A stretch of 60,455 nucleotides of DNA, the filler included. It is 5 parts of 5 records of this genome, joined end to end, with 100 filler letters (N's around TTAATTAATTAA, not from the genome) between each part and the next. Parts side by side here need not be neighbours in the genome. Positions count along the whole stretch, not along the records: positions 14,408 to 40,459 come from SRR2962707_3323; 4 more parts are not named here. The stretch is one strand, 5' to 3'. The first letter of the stretch is position 1. The number at the start of each line of letters is the position of its first letter. The translations under genes and the position numbers were made by a program. Positions 29,673-40,255 of the stretch are shown in pieces. The notes under the pieces were generated by a model that was not told the DNA's origin, made no database searches, and saw nothing but the letters and a program-made list of their open reading frames with translations.

Positions 29673-30698
29673 ATGGTTATGATTGATACTATTAAGGAAC
29701 ATATTGAGAAAGTAAAAGGCTTTACAGCGGTTACTTTAGATGAGGTTGAAGCATTTAGAATTGAATATCTAGGAAAAAAAGGACTTTTAAATGACTTTTT
29801 TGCTGAATTTAAGAATGTTCCTAATGAGCAGAAGAAAGAATTTGGACAGGTAATTAACCAGTTAAAAAATACTGCACAGGAAAAGGTGAATTCTTTAAAA
29901 GAAGCTTTAGAGAGTGCTCAGCCTACAGAAAATTTGTATGGCGATTTAACGCGACCTGCAATGCCATTGGAATTGGGAGGAAGACATCCAATTTCTATTG
30001 TTAAAAATCAAATTATTGATATATTTTCTCGGATTGGATTTAATGTTTCTGAAGGGCCAGAAATTGAAGACGATTGGCATAATTTTACGGCATTAAATTT
30101 ACCAGAATACCATCCTGCTAGAGATATGCAGGATACGTTTTTTGTGCAAACTAATCCGGATGTTTTATTGCGTACGCATACGTCGTCTGTGCAAGTGCGT
30201 TATATGGAAAATAATAAACCGCCAATTAGAACAATTTCTCCTGGGCGTGTTTTTAGAAATGAGGCTATTTCTTCTCGGTCGCATTGCTTTTTCCATCAAG
30301 TAGAAGGATTGTATATTGATAAGGGAGTTTCGTTTGCCGATTTAAAACAAACTCTACAGTATTTTACTACAGAAATGTTTGGGAAGTCTAAGATTCGTTT
30401 ACGTCCATCTTATTTTCCATTTACAGAACCTAGTGCTGAGGTAGATGTGTATTGGGGCTTAGAAACCGAAACCGATTACAGAATGACCAAAGGTACAGGA
30501 TGGTTGGAAATTATGGGTTGCGGAATGGTAGACCCTAATGTGTTAGAAAATTGTGGAATTGATTCTAAAGAATATTCTGGATTTGCCTTTGGAATGGGAA
30601 TAGATAGAATTGCTTTATTGTTGCATCAAATTTCGGACATTAGAATGCTTAGTGAAAACGATATCCGTTTCTTAAAACAATTTAAATCTGTTTTATAA
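29673..30698 (+). CDS. pheS: Phenylalanine-tRNA ligase alpha subunit
   Basis: 'HPARDMQDTF', 'LRTHTSSVQ', 'FRNE', 'RPSYFPFTEPS', 'GFAFGMG'. Confidence 0.98.
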   Translation: MVMIDTIKEHIEKVKGFTAVTLDEVEAFRIEYLGKKGLLNDFFAEFKNVPNEQKKEFGQVINQLKNTAQEKVNSLKEALESAQPTENLYGDLTRPAMPLELGGRHPISIVKNQIIDIFSRIGFNVSEGPEIEDDWHNFTALNLPEYHPARDMQDTFFVQTNPDVLLRTHTSSVQVRYMENNKPPIRTISPGRVFRNEAISSRSHCFFHQVEGLYIDKGVSFADLKQTLQYFTTEMFGKSKIRLRPSYFPFTEPSAEVDVYWGLETETDYRMTKGTGWLEIMGCGMVDPNVLENCGIDSKEYSGFAFGMGIDRIALLLHQISDIRMLSENDIRFLKQFKSVL

Positions 30699-30717
30699 TT
30701 ACTCAATAATCGAAATT

Positions 30718-30795
30718 TGAATGCTCCGAAGCTTGCTTTGGAATGTTTTTGGTTTTTCCTTTTAATGCCCCGTGAATTGCTCTGAGGTAGTTTAC
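30718..30795 (+). repeat. Composite two-hairpin repeat copy (AATGCTCCGAAGCTTGCTTTGGA ... AATGCCCCGTGAATTGCTCTGAGGTAGTT)
   Basis: Same architecture and right end as 17183-17262. Confidence 0.55.
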
Positions 30796-30884
30796 TTATA
30801 ATAAATACCATGTCTATATTTTTAGACACATAGCAGAATGATTATTTGGAGGTTCCATGTAACCGTTAAAACGATAAATAGAAC

Positions 30885-31280
30885 ATGAAAAAAGATATAG
30901 AAATCCCTATTGCTGAAGAAGTTTATGTTGCTGCTGTAAATGAGTGGGACGAAAAGCACCTTTCAAAAACTTGGTATGTCTATCTTATAAATAATAGGGA
31001 AAGTGCAATAGAAGGAACTATTTTGGTTTCTAAGGGTTATGGAGAAGCGCTAAAAACTACAACTATGCGCCATGGACTTGGAGATTTGGAAGCTAAATCT
31101 TTTAGGAAAGTAGAACTTATCCAAGAGGAGGTTTTTAAACTGAAAAACGAGTTTTTTCTTACTTTTTTTGCTGATAATAAATTATACGAAAAAAAATTCC
31201 TTTTTAACGAGTATCAGATTTCAGAGAGCAATGAGGTTGCTGTTCCTGTGTTAGGAATAGCAGGTGTTTTGGCGAATTAA
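30885..31280 (+). CDS. Conserved hypothetical protein
   Basis: Clean 131-aa ORF ('WYVYLIN', 'VSKGYG', 'KTTTMRH'). Confidence 0.8.
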   Translation: MKKDIEIPIAEEVYVAAVNEWDEKHLSKTWYVYLINNRESAIEGTILVSKGYGEALKTTTMRHGLGDLEAKSFRKVELIQEEVFKLKNEFFLTFFADNKLYEKKFLFNEYQISESNEVAVPVLGIAGVLAN

Positions 31281-31472
31281 GTCACTTCTTTTTAATGTTA
31301 AAATTGAGATAAAATAATCTTTTTTTTAACATTTATGATTAAAATATCACAATATATCCGTTTTATTTTATAAATCTTAAAATTTAACAGCTTCGGTTTT
31401 AATTTTTTCTCATAGGAAATTTTGTTAGCCTGCTATAACTTGTAGCAACTTAACTTAATTAATCTACAAGAA

Positions 31473-32672
31473 ATGAAAAACCTAAAGAATAACAGCCGAA
31501 GAGAATGGTTTAAAAAAGGAGCATTAGCTGCTGGAGCATTAGCTTTAACACCAATAGATTTATGGAGTGCAACGGCAGATTATGCGCATGGAAATAAACA
31601 GCCTTTTATGTTTAATTCCAATTTAACTAGCTTTAAAGAGTTTACTCCCCCTAGATTTCCAGATTTAAGTACGGTAAAAGCTAGATTGGTATGGAATGAA
31701 AATCCATATGGGCCATCCTTAAAAGCATCAAAGGCCTTTCAAGAGGCTGTTACAGAAGGGAATCATTATTCATGGCGGTCTTTAGGAGAATTAGTAGGAA
31801 AAATAGCGCAAAAAGAAGGAGTTACTACAGATAATATTATGATGGGACCTGGGTCGTCTGATTTATTAGAGAAAACCGCCTTGGTTTATTTTAGAGAAGG
31901 AGGAAATGTTATTAGTGGAGACCCTTGTTATATGTCTTTGGTTCAAGTGGCAAAAGCTTCAGGCGGCAACTGGAAACCTATTAAGCTCACTAAAGATTTT
32001 CAACACGATCTAGATGCTATGGAAGCTGCTATAGATGCAGATACAAAGTTAGTGTACATTACAAATCCTAATAACCCAACAGGAACATTAACAGACACCA
32101 AAAAGCTTTATGATTTTTGTGATCGCGTATCAGACAAGGTTCCTATTTTTATTGATGAAGCTTATATAGAATTGTCAGAAGGTGGGTTAAATAATAGCAT
32201 GGCTCCTCTGGTTGCAAAAGGAAAAAATGTGTTTGTAGCTCGTACTTTTTCCAAAATATATGGAATGGCTGGACTGCGCATTGGATATATGTTAGGAAAT
32301 AAGAATTCTTTAGATGAAATTAATAAAATTACTAGAGGTGGAATGGGGATTACAGGGCCTACAATAGCTGCTGCCAACGCTAGTTTAGACGATGTTGATT
32401 TTGTGGAAGATTGTAAGTCAAAAATTACTGAAGCAAAACAATTTACCTACAACTTATTAGAGAAAAAAAATATTTCCTACCTCCCATCTCAAACAAACTT
32501 TGTTCTATTTCCTATAGAAATGGCAGGAGACGAATTTCTTGATAAAATATATGAAAGGAAAGTGGTGGTTAGGGCCTTTAAATTTTGGGATCAAGATTGG
32601 TGTAGAGTGAGTATGGGAACAACGGAAGAAATGAAATATTTTGCTGAGGCAATTAATCAAATACTTGTTTAA
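31473..32672 (+). CDS. HisC-like class I/II PLP aminotransferase with twin-arginine signal
   Basis: 'SRREWFKKG' plus a hydrophobic stretch. 'NENPYGP', 'NPNNPTG', 'DEAY', 'RTFSKIYGMAGLRIGY'. Confidence 0.9.
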   Translation: MKNLKNNSRREWFKKGALAAGALALTPIDLWSATADYAHGNKQPFMFNSNLTSFKEFTPPRFPDLSTVKARLVWNENPYGPSLKASKAFQEAVTEGNHYSWRSLGELVGKIAQKEGVTTDNIMMGPGSSDLLEKTALVYFREGGNVISGDPCYMSLVQVAKASGGNWKPIKLTKDFQHDLDAMEAAIDADTKLVYITNPNNPTGTLTDTKKLYDFCDRVSDKVPIFIDEAYIELSEGGLNNSMAPLVAKGKNVFVARTFSKIYGMAGLRIGYMLGNKNSLDEINKITRGGMGITGPTIAAANASLDDVDFVEDCKSKITEAKQFTYNLLEKKNISYLPSQTNFVLFPIEMAGDEFLDKIYERKVVVRAFKFWDQDWCRVSMGTTEEMKYFAEAINQILV

Positions 32673-33802
32673 TGGAGTTTGCTTTACAAAAAACCATATC
32701 ATTACTGCTATTTATTTTAATAGGATTTCTACTCAAGCTTAAGTTTAAAAGTCCAGAAGAAGTTACAGGGTTAAAAAAAATAATTTTAAACCTTGCATTG
32801 CCTGCCACTATTTTTATTGCTTTATTAAAGGTGAATATTAGTATGGCATTAATTTCACTTCCATTTTTAGCAATTTTATTAAATGTAGTTTTATACTTTA
32901 TTACTGGTTTAATGCTTCCTTTGGTGGGGATTGAAAAAAATACTGCCATAGGAAGAACAAGTAGGTTGCTTATCCCTTCTCTTGCTCCTGGTTTATCGTC
33001 TTTTCCGTTTATATTAGAATTTTTAGGAGACGATTATTTAGCTAAAGCTGCAATGGCAGATTTAGGAAATAAAGTTTTTGTACTTGTTGTATTGTATATT
33101 ATTGCAATGAAATGGTATTATCAAAACAATCAAGATGTAGTTGGAGTTATTGGGAATTCAAGGAAGATTAAAAATCTATTTATTTCAATTCTAAAAGAAC
33201 CCGTTAATATTTTTATTTTTGCCGCCTTACTCTTTGTAGTTTTTGGTGTTAACCTTACTATGCTTCCTAGTTTTTTTAAGGATACCTTTTCAAGGCTAAG
33301 TATTATTATGACTCCATTAGTACTTATTTATATTGGTTTGGCATTTAAAATTAAACGAATGCAGTTTGTGCAAATATTTTCTTTATTAATGTTACGCGCA
33401 GGAGTAATACTTGTATTAATTGCTTCGTTAGCTATGCTGTTTGGAGGAATAAATAGCAATACTATTCTTTTAATAGTTTCATTTGCTCTTAGTGCTTGTA
33501 GTTTTTGGCCATTTGCACATATTTCTTTAATAGATTCTTCAGAAAAAAATAAAAACACTAATGCTAAAACATTTGATTCCAATTTTGCAATTGGAGTTTT
33601 AGCACTTTCATTACCTATTTCTACATTACTAATATTATGTATTCTCTCTGCAGGAAATACATTTTCGGATATGTTTAATTTATTAATATTAGGTCTAACA
33701 TGCTGTTTTTTAGGTGTTTTTGTGGTAATTTGCAAAAGTTTTAAATCGTTTATTAAAGCTTCCTCCACTACCTCAAAAAAATATTCTGAAAGTAACGCTT
33801 AA
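32672..33802 (+). CDS. AEC (auxin efflux carrier)-family permease
   Basis: About 10-11 TM helices, 'ILNLALPATIF'. TAATG translational coupling to the aminotransferase. Confidence 0.75.
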   Translation: MEFALQKTISLLLFILIGFLLKLKFKSPEEVTGLKKIILNLALPATIFIALLKVNISMALISLPFLAILLNVVLYFITGLMLPLVGIEKNTAIGRTSRLLIPSLAPGLSSFPFILEFLGDDYLAKAAMADLGNKVFVLVVLYIIAMKWYYQNNQDVVGVIGNSRKIKNLFISILKEPVNIFIFAALLFVVFGVNLTMLPSFFKDTFSRLSIIMTPLVLIYIGLAFKIKRMQFVQIFSLLMLRAGVILVLIASLAMLFGGINSNTILLIVSFALSACSFWPFAHISLIDSSEKNKNTNAKTFDSNFAIGVLALSLPISTLLILCILSAGNTFSDMFNLLILGLTCCFLGVFVVICKSFKSFIKASSTTSKKYSESNA

Positions 33803-33837
33803 TTTTTAAGCTAAAGTTTAACATACTATTAACTGCT

Positions 33838-33874
33838 GTTTAGTTCGGTAATTACCGAACTAAACGTAGTTTTG
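33838..33874 (+). promoter_or_regulatory. Perfect 28-bp palindrome (candidate operator) abutting the Bacteroidetes -7 element TAGTTTTG
   Basis: GTTTAGTTCGGTAA|TTACCGAACTAAAC at 33838-33865, with TAnnTTTG at 33867-33874. Confidence 0.7.
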
Positions 33875-33891
33875 CATCTTATTTATAAAAT

Positions 33892-34404
33892 ATGATAGAA
33901 GATGTAGAATTAATAAAGCTAAAAAAAGAGCTAATAGAAGAAATGGGAGTGTATTTTGAATGTCAAGATATGCTATCTCCACTGTCTTCAAGAATCTTTG
34001 GGTATTTAGCTTTAGCAGGAGATAAAGGTGCAACTTTTGACGAGATTTTGGAAGAGTTGCAAGTGAGTAAAAGTTCGCTTTCAACAAATCTTCAGCTTTT
34101 ACAGTCGATGGGAAGGATTGGTTATTACACAAAACCGGGAGACCGTAGAAGGTATTTTAAGGCTTCGGTTGATAATATGATAAATCGTTTAGATGATAAG
34201 ATTAATTCTTGGAAAAAAGAGCGAGAACTGCATGTTAAGGTTCTTAATTATCGAGAAAAAACATTATCAGCAGATGATAAATTAACAATGAAAAACAGAA
34301 AAGATCTTTCTTTCAATAAGCACTACATTGAGTTTGTGGATGCCATGATTGAAAATTTATGTAAACTAAAAAATAATTTAATAACAGTCAATCAAGTACA
34401 ATAA
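33892..34404 (+). CDS. GbsR/MarR-family transcriptional regulator
   Basis: 'LIEEMGVYFE', 'SRIFGYL', wHTH 'TFDEILEELQVSKSSLSTNL', 'PGDRRRYF'. Confidence 0.88.
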   Translation: MIEDVELIKLKKELIEEMGVYFECQDMLSPLSSRIFGYLALAGDKGATFDEILEELQVSKSSLSTNLQLLQSMGRIGYYTKPGDRRRYFKASVDNMINRLDDKINSWKKERELHVKVLNYREKTLSADDKLTMKNRKDLSFNKHYIEFVDAMIENLCKLKNNLITVNQVQ

Positions 34405-35528
34405 TGAGTTCAAAATTATATTCTAAACTATTCCTAGTAGGTCTTGCAATAGTCCTTGTAAGTTGTGGGAAGAAGGAAAAAGCGCAACAAGCAGCTCAGG
34501 CAATGCCTTATCCTACTGTAAAGATAGAAAGTAAAAAAATTACTGGTTATAAAACTTATCCTACAAGTATAGAAGGGGTTATAAACAGTGGGGTTCGAGC
34601 AAAAATATCTGGTTATATAAAAGATGTTTTAGTAGACGAAGGACAGCAAGTTAGCAAAGGGCAAGTTTTATTTCGTTTAGAAACAGAATCTTTAACTCAA
34701 GATGCTGGTGCTGCTCAAGCTAGTGTAAATGTAGCCCAAGTGGAGGTTGATAAATTAAAGCCACTAGTAGAAAAAGGAATTATTAGTGAAGTTCAATTAG
34801 AAACTGCCAAAGCTAATTTAGCACAAGCAAAGAGTAATTATAGCGCCATAAATGCTAATATAAATTATGCTACGGTTAAAAGTCCTGTTGATGGTTTTGT
34901 AGGGGCAATACCTTATAGAGAAGGAACTTTAGTAAGTCCGAGTGACCAAATACCGTTAACAACAGTTTCTGATATAAAAGAAGTATATGCTTATTTTTCA
35001 ATGAATGAAGAGGATTACTTAGATTTTGTTCAGAATACAAAAGGAGATTCCCGTCAGGAAAAACTTGACAATTTTCCAGAAATCAATTTGGTTTTAGCTA
35101 ATGGCGAATTGTATAAGCATAAAGGAAAAATTAAAACTGTAACTGGGCAAGTAAACCAAAATACAGGTACAGTTAGCTTTAGAGCTACATTTCCTAATCC
35201 AGAAAGACTTTTAACAAATGGAAACAGTGGGGTAATACAAATCCCTACCGTTTATACAGATGTACCTGTTATTTCTCAAGAATCTACTTTTGAGCGTCAG
35301 GGGCAAACATTAGTTTTTCATGTAGGAAGTGATAATAAAGTAAAATCTGAAGTAATTAAAATTACAGACCACATAGAAAACTTATATGTAGTAGAATCTG
35401 GTGTTAAAATTGGAGATGTTATAGTGGCTAAAGGAGTGGATAAACTTAGAGATGGAGCTGAAATTGTACCACAAGAAACGTCATTTGATAGTATAACAAA
35501 ACCGATAAAAACATTATTTAGAAACTAA
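34404..35528 (+). CDS. RND efflux periplasmic adaptor (MFP) lipoprotein
   Basis: Lipobox 'LVSC', 'ISGYIKDVLVDEGQQVSKGQVLF', 'SPVDGFVG', 'TGTV'. Confidence 0.93.
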   Translation: MSSKLYSKLFLVGLAIVLVSCGKKEKAQQAAQAMPYPTVKIESKKITGYKTYPTSIEGVINSGVRAKISGYIKDVLVDEGQQVSKGQVLFRLETESLTQDAGAAQASVNVAQVEVDKLKPLVEKGIISEVQLETAKANLAQAKSNYSAINANINYATVKSPVDGFVGAIPYREGTLVSPSDQIPLTTVSDIKEVYAYFSMNEEDYLDFVQNTKGDSRQEKLDNFPEINLVLANGELYKHKGKIKTVTGQVNQNTGTVSFRATFPNPERLLTNGNSGVIQIPTVYTDVPVISQESTFERQGQTLVFHVGSDNKVKSEVIKITDHIENLYVVESGVKIGDVIVAKGVDKLRDGAEIVPQETSFDSITKPIKTLFRN

Positions 35529-35551
35529 CAAAAAAGCTTAAAAAGTAAGTT

Positions 35552-38500
35552 ATGCTAAAAACATTTATAGAGAGACCTGTATTATCTACAGTAATCTCCA
35601 TTATATTAGTAATTTTAGGAGGGTTAGGGGTTTTAACCTTGCCTATAGAGCAGTATCCAGATATTGCCCCTCCTACTGTTCAGGTAAATGCTACCTATCC
35701 TGGAGCCAGTGCCGAAACTATATTAGAGAGTGTAATTATTCCTATTGAAGAGCAGATAAATGGAGTGGAAGGAATGACGTACATTACTTCTACCGCTACC
35801 AATGCTGGTACAGCAAATGTTACGGTTTATTTTGATCAAAATACAGATCCAGATATTGCTGCTGTAAACGTACAGAACAGGGTGTCTAGAGCCAATGCCT
35901 TGTTGCCGCAAGAGGTTGTACAAACAGGAGTTATAACACAAAAGCAACAAACGAGTTCGCTGATGTTTATTTCTTTTTTCTCATCTAATGAGGATTACGA
36001 CGCTACGTATGTTCAGAATTACTTAAAAATTAACGTTATTCCAGAATTACAGCGTGTAAATGGGGTTGGAGATGTTAATGTATTTTCTAGTCAAGATTAT
36101 GCAATGCGTATTTGGTTAAAACCAGATAAATTATCGGCATATAATTTAATTCCATCAGATGTTTCGGCAGCTTTAAGAGAGCAAAGTTTAGAAGCAGCTG
36201 CAGGTTCTTTAGGAGAGAATAATGGAGAGGCTTTTTCTTACGTAATAAAATACAGTGGGCGTTTTAAAACTGAAAAACAATACGAAGACATCATTATAAA
36301 AGCGCTAGGGAATGGTCAGTATCTACGTTTAAAAGATGTTGCAGATATAGAATTGAGTGCGCAATCTTTTGCTTCGAGTTCTATTACAAATGGGTATCCA
36401 AGTGTAAACATGGCGATATACCAAACAAAAGGATCCAATGCACAAGAGATTATTGAGACTATTCGCGAAAAATTGGAGAATCTGAAGCCAGATTTTCCAA
36501 AAGGGATAGATTTGTTTATTCCGTATGATACAAACGACTTTTTAACTGCATCGATAGATAAGGTGGTGCATACACTTATTGAGGCGTTTATATTGGTTTT
36601 CTTGGTAGTATTTATTTTCTTACAAGATGTTAGATCTACTTTAATTCCTGCTATAGCAGTTCCTGTTGCAATTATAGGTACTTTCTTTTTTCTGAATGTC
36701 TTCGGATATTCCATAAACTTACTAACATTATTCGCTTTAGTGCTGGCTATTGGTATTGTGGTCGATGATGCTATTGTAGTGGTGGAAGCGGTGCATGCCA
36801 AGATTGAAGAAGGGAATGAGAAATCTGCAAAATCTGCAACTATAAATGCAATGACAGAAATATCAGGAGCTATTATATCTATTACCTTAGTAATGGCAGC
36901 TGTATTTATTCCTGTTACATTTATCCAAGGACCAACAGGGGTTTTTTATGAGCAATTTGGGGTAACGCTAATTGTAGCGATTATGATTTCTGCTGTAAAT
37001 GCCTTAACCTTAAGCCCTGCATTGTGTGCATTATTCTTAAAAGTTCATACGGAAGAGGAGAAGAAAAATACAACATACTTACAACGTTTTTATGACGGTT
37101 TTAATAAGGGATTTAGTGCTACTACAGAACGTTATGGAAGATCTTTAGGCTTTCTATACAAACATAAATGGATTACTGGAGTTGCATTATTGGCGTCTAT
37201 AGCTGGTATAATTTGGGTTTCTTCAACTACTCCAACTGGTTTTGTTCCTAATGAAGATCGTGGGATTATTTTTGCGAATGTAGAATTACCTGCGGGTTCA
37301 TCTATAGATAGAACTGGAGAAGTAAACAGATTATTATATGAAAAAACTAAGGATTTACCTGGTGTAGAAGGTGTGTCTGTAATTAGTGGATTTAGCTTAT
37401 TAGGAGGACAAGGTAGTAACTACGGATTAGGATTTATTAAATTAAAAGACTGGGAAGAACGTGGAGAAGATTCTCTTTCTGTAGATGCGCTTACCAAGAA
37501 GTTATTTGGAATAGCTACTACAATTCCAGAGGCAAATATTATATTTTTTGCACCGCCAAGTATTCCTGGTTTTGGAATTTCTTCTGGTTTTGAAGTGAAT
37601 TTATTAGATAGATCTGGAGGTGCTTTTACGGAACTAGATGAGGCTAATCGTGATTTTATGATGGCCTTAATGAAACATCCTGAAATTCAATATGCGCAAT
37701 CTTCTTTTAATACTGAATATCCACAGTATGAGATGGAGATTAACGTGCCTGTTGCTAAAGAAAAGGGAGTGCCTATTAGCTCCATATTCTCTACCTTACA
37801 AGGATATATAGGAGGTATTTATGCAGCCGATTTTGCTAGATTTGGTAAACAGTATCGTGTGTATTTACAAACACTTCCCGAAAGTAGAGATAATAAACAA
37901 TCTTTAAATGAATTGTATGTTAGGACCGGAGAAGGGGAAATGGCACCTATTACTCAGTTTGTAAAACTAAAAAGAGTGTACGGACCTCAGTCGGTTACCC
38001 GTTTTAACTTATTTAATTCTTCTAAAATTACTGGAGCTTCAAATCCTGGCTATAGTACTGGGGATGCAATTGCTGTAGTAGAAGCTGAAGCGGCAAACTT
38101 ACCATCAAATTATGATATTGCTTATTCTGGACTAACTAGAGAAGAGGTAAATGCAGGAAGTCAGACAATTTTAATATTTATTTTAAGTATTGTGTTTGTG
38201 TACTTTTTATTATCGGCACAGTACGAAAGTTATTTGCTGCCTTTTTCGGTAATCTTATCATTACCATTAGGGGTATTTGGAGCTTATTTTACAACCAAAA
38301 TGGTTGGATTGGAAAATAATATTTTCTTCCAAATTGCACTTATTATGTTAATTGGGCTTTTAGCCAAAAATGCAATTCTTATTGTGGAGTTTGCACTTCA
38401 ACGTCGAAGACGAGGAGAGAGTCTTGCAGATGCTGCAATTCATGGGGCTAAAGCTAGGCTTAGACCAATTTTGATGACTTCATTTGCTTTTATTTTGGGA

Positions 38501-38701
38501 TTAATGCCATTAGCATTAGCAGGTGGTGTTGGTGCCGCTGGTAACCGTTCTATAGGAACTGGAGCAGCAGGAGGGATGTTAATTGGAACAATTTTAGGAG
38601 TGTTTGCAATCCCAATTCTTTTTGTAGTATTCCAATGGTTACAAGAAAAAATTTCAGGAGCTCCAGAAGCTATTGTTGAATCTGAAGATAACTTAAATTA
38701 A
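35552..38701 (+). CDS. HAE1/AcrB-family RND efflux transporter
   Basis: 1049 aa. 'FIERPV', 'QYPDIAPP', 'GIVVDDAIVVVE', 'KNAILIVEF', 'RLRPILMTS'. Confidence 0.97.
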   Translation: MLKTFIERPVLSTVISIILVILGGLGVLTLPIEQYPDIAPPTVQVNATYPGASAETILESVIIPIEEQINGVEGMTYITSTATNAGTANVTVYFDQNTDPDIAAVNVQNRVSRANALLPQEVVQTGVITQKQQTSSLMFISFFSSNEDYDATYVQNYLKINVIPELQRVNGVGDVNVFSSQDYAMRIWLKPDKLSAYNLIPSDVSAALREQSLEAAAGSLGENNGEAFSYVIKYSGRFKTEKQYEDIIIKALGNGQYLRLKDVADIELSAQSFASSSITNGYPSVNMAIYQTKGSNAQEIIETIREKLENLKPDFPKGIDLFIPYDTNDFLTASIDKVVHTLIEAFILVFLVVFIFLQDVRSTLIPAIAVPVAIIGTFFFLNVFGYSINLLTLFALVLAIGIVVDDAIVVVEAVHAKIEEGNEKSAKSATINAMTEISGAIISITLVMAAVFIPVTFIQGPTGVFYEQFGVTLIVAIMISAVNALTLSPALCALFLKVHTEEEKKNTTYLQRFYDGFNKGFSATTERYGRSLGFLYKHKWITGVALLASIAGIIWVSSTTPTGFVPNEDRGIIFANVELPAGSSIDRTGEVNRLLYEKTKDLPGVEGVSVISGFSLLGGQGSNYGLGFIKLKDWEERGEDSLSVDALTKKLFGIATTIPEANIIFFAPPSIPGFGISSGFEVNLLDRSGGAFTELDEANRDFMMALMKHPEIQYAQSSFNTEYPQYEMEINVPVAKEKGVPISSIFSTLQGYIGGIYAADFARFGKQYRVYLQTLPESRDNKQSLNELYVRTGEGEMAPITQFVKLKRVYGPQSVTRFNLFNSSKITGASNPGYSTGDAIAVVEAEAANLPSNYDIAYSGLTREEVNAGSQTILIFILSIVFVYFLLSAQYESYLLPFSVILSLPLGVFGAYFTTKMVGLENNIFFQIALIMLIGLLAKNAILIVEFALQRRRRGESLADAAIHGAKARLRPILMTSFAFILGLMPLALAGGVGAAGNRSIGTGAAGGMLIGTILGVFAIPILFVVFQWLQEKISGAPEAIVESEDNLN

Positions 38702-38702
38702 G

Positions 38703-40103
38703 ATGAAGAACTTAAAAATATATAAAATCATACTAGGGCTTAGCGCGCCATTGCTGTTGCAATCGTGTTTTGTGGCTAAGAATTATGAAAGACCTGAGGT
38801 TGAAACGGAAAATCTTTATAGAACCGATCAGCTATCTCAAGACAGTACTTCATTAGGAATGGTTTCATGGAGAACTTTATTTAAGGATCCAATTCTAGAA
38901 AGATATATAGATACTGCACTTGTTAATAATTTAGATATCAGAATGGCGCTACAGCAAATTGTGGCTTCAGAGGCTTATTTAAAACAAGGAAAGGCTGGCA
39001 ATTATCCAACTTTAAATTTAAATGGAACAGTTACGCGTCAGGAAAATTCTGAAAACAGTCAGTTTGGAAGTATTTTTAATGCCCCTTATGAGCAATACGA
39101 TTTAACGGCAAGTTTATCATGGGAAGCAGATATCTGGGGAAAAATACGAAGTAATAAAAGAGCTTTCGAAGCAACGTATTTGCAAACTATCGAAGCGCAT
39201 AAAGCTGTTAAAACAGAACTTATTGCAGCACTTGCTTCTACCTATTATCAATTACTTTCTTTAGATGAACAGTTAAAAATCACTAATGAAACAGTAGAAA
39301 ATAGAGAAGGGAGTTTAGAAACAACAAAGGCTCTTAAAGATGCTGGAATGGTTACAGAAGTGGCGGTTAAACAAACCGAAGCTCAGTTATACACAGCAAA
39401 GGCGATAAAAATTGATTTAGAAAATCAAATTAAATTATTAGAAAATGCCTTTTCTATTTTATTAGCGCAACCTCCACATGCTATAGAGCGTAGTGTATTG
39501 GAATCTCAAGAAATAGACCAAGAATTAACTACAGGAGTTCCTTATTTGATGTTGCAAAACAGACCCGATGTAGCTTCAGCAGAATATGGATTAATAAATG
39601 CTTTTGAGCTTACTAATGTTGCTAGAAGTAGCTTTTATCCTTCTATTACATTAAGTGCTAGCGCTGGTTTCCAAAGTTTAAATTTTGATGATTGGATTGA
39701 TGCGAGCTCTATTTTTAACTCGCTAGTTGGTGGTTTGGCTCAGCCTATTTTAAATGGAAGGAAAATACGTACTCAATTTGAAGTTTCTAAAGCGCAACAA
39801 GAGTCGGCTTTATTAAATTATAAGCAAACATTATTAACCGCTGGAAGAGAAGTTTCAGATGCGTTGTATAGTTATCAAGCTGCAGTAAATAAAATTGAAG
39901 CTAGACAAAAAGAGTACGAAGCATATAGTTTGGCTACAGAGTATTCTGAAGAATTACTTAATCAAGGTTTAGTAAATTACTTGGAAGTACTTACAGCTAG
40001 AGAGAATTCTTTAAACTCTGAATTGCTTTTGGTTGAAAATAAATATTTACGTTTAAATGCTGTTGTAACACTGTACCAAGCACTTGGTGGAGGTTGGCAA
40101 TAA
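38703..40103 (+). CDS. Outer-membrane efflux lipoprotein (OprM/NodT family)
   Basis: Lipobox 'LQSC', 'WEADIWGK', 'RPDV', ends 'LYQALGGGW'. Confidence 0.95.
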   Translation: MKNLKIYKIILGLSAPLLLQSCFVAKNYERPEVETENLYRTDQLSQDSTSLGMVSWRTLFKDPILERYIDTALVNNLDIRMALQQIVASEAYLKQGKAGNYPTLNLNGTVTRQENSENSQFGSIFNAPYEQYDLTASLSWEADIWGKIRSNKRAFEATYLQTIEAHKAVKTELIAALASTYYQLLSLDEQLKITNETVENREGSLETTKALKDAGMVTEVAVKQTEAQLYTAKAIKIDLENQIKLLENAFSILLAQPPHAIERSVLESQEIDQELTTGVPYLMLQNRPDVASAEYGLINAFELTNVARSSFYPSITLSASAGFQSLNFDDWIDASSIFNSLVGGLAQPILNGRKIRTQFEVSKAQQESALLNYKQTLLTAGREVSDALYSYQAAVNKIEARQKEYEAYSLATEYSEELLNQGLVNYLEVLTARENSLNSELLLVENKYLRLNAVVTLYQALGGGWQ

Positions 40104-40179
40104 GGCAATAACAATAAAATCAATTTACCTGTTAATGATTTAACTCATTTAATGGATTAAATAGATTTCATTCATGGTT

Positions 40180-40206
40180 AGCCCTTACGAAAGTGAGGGC
40201 TTTTTT
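40180..40206 (+). terminator. Rho-independent terminator of the RND operon
   Basis: AGCCCTTAC-GAAA-GTGAGGGCT followed by a T-run. Confidence 0.85.
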
Positions 40207-40255
40207 ATGTGTTTATAAATAAAACTCGTTAATCCCTCATAGAGGGTTTAATTAT

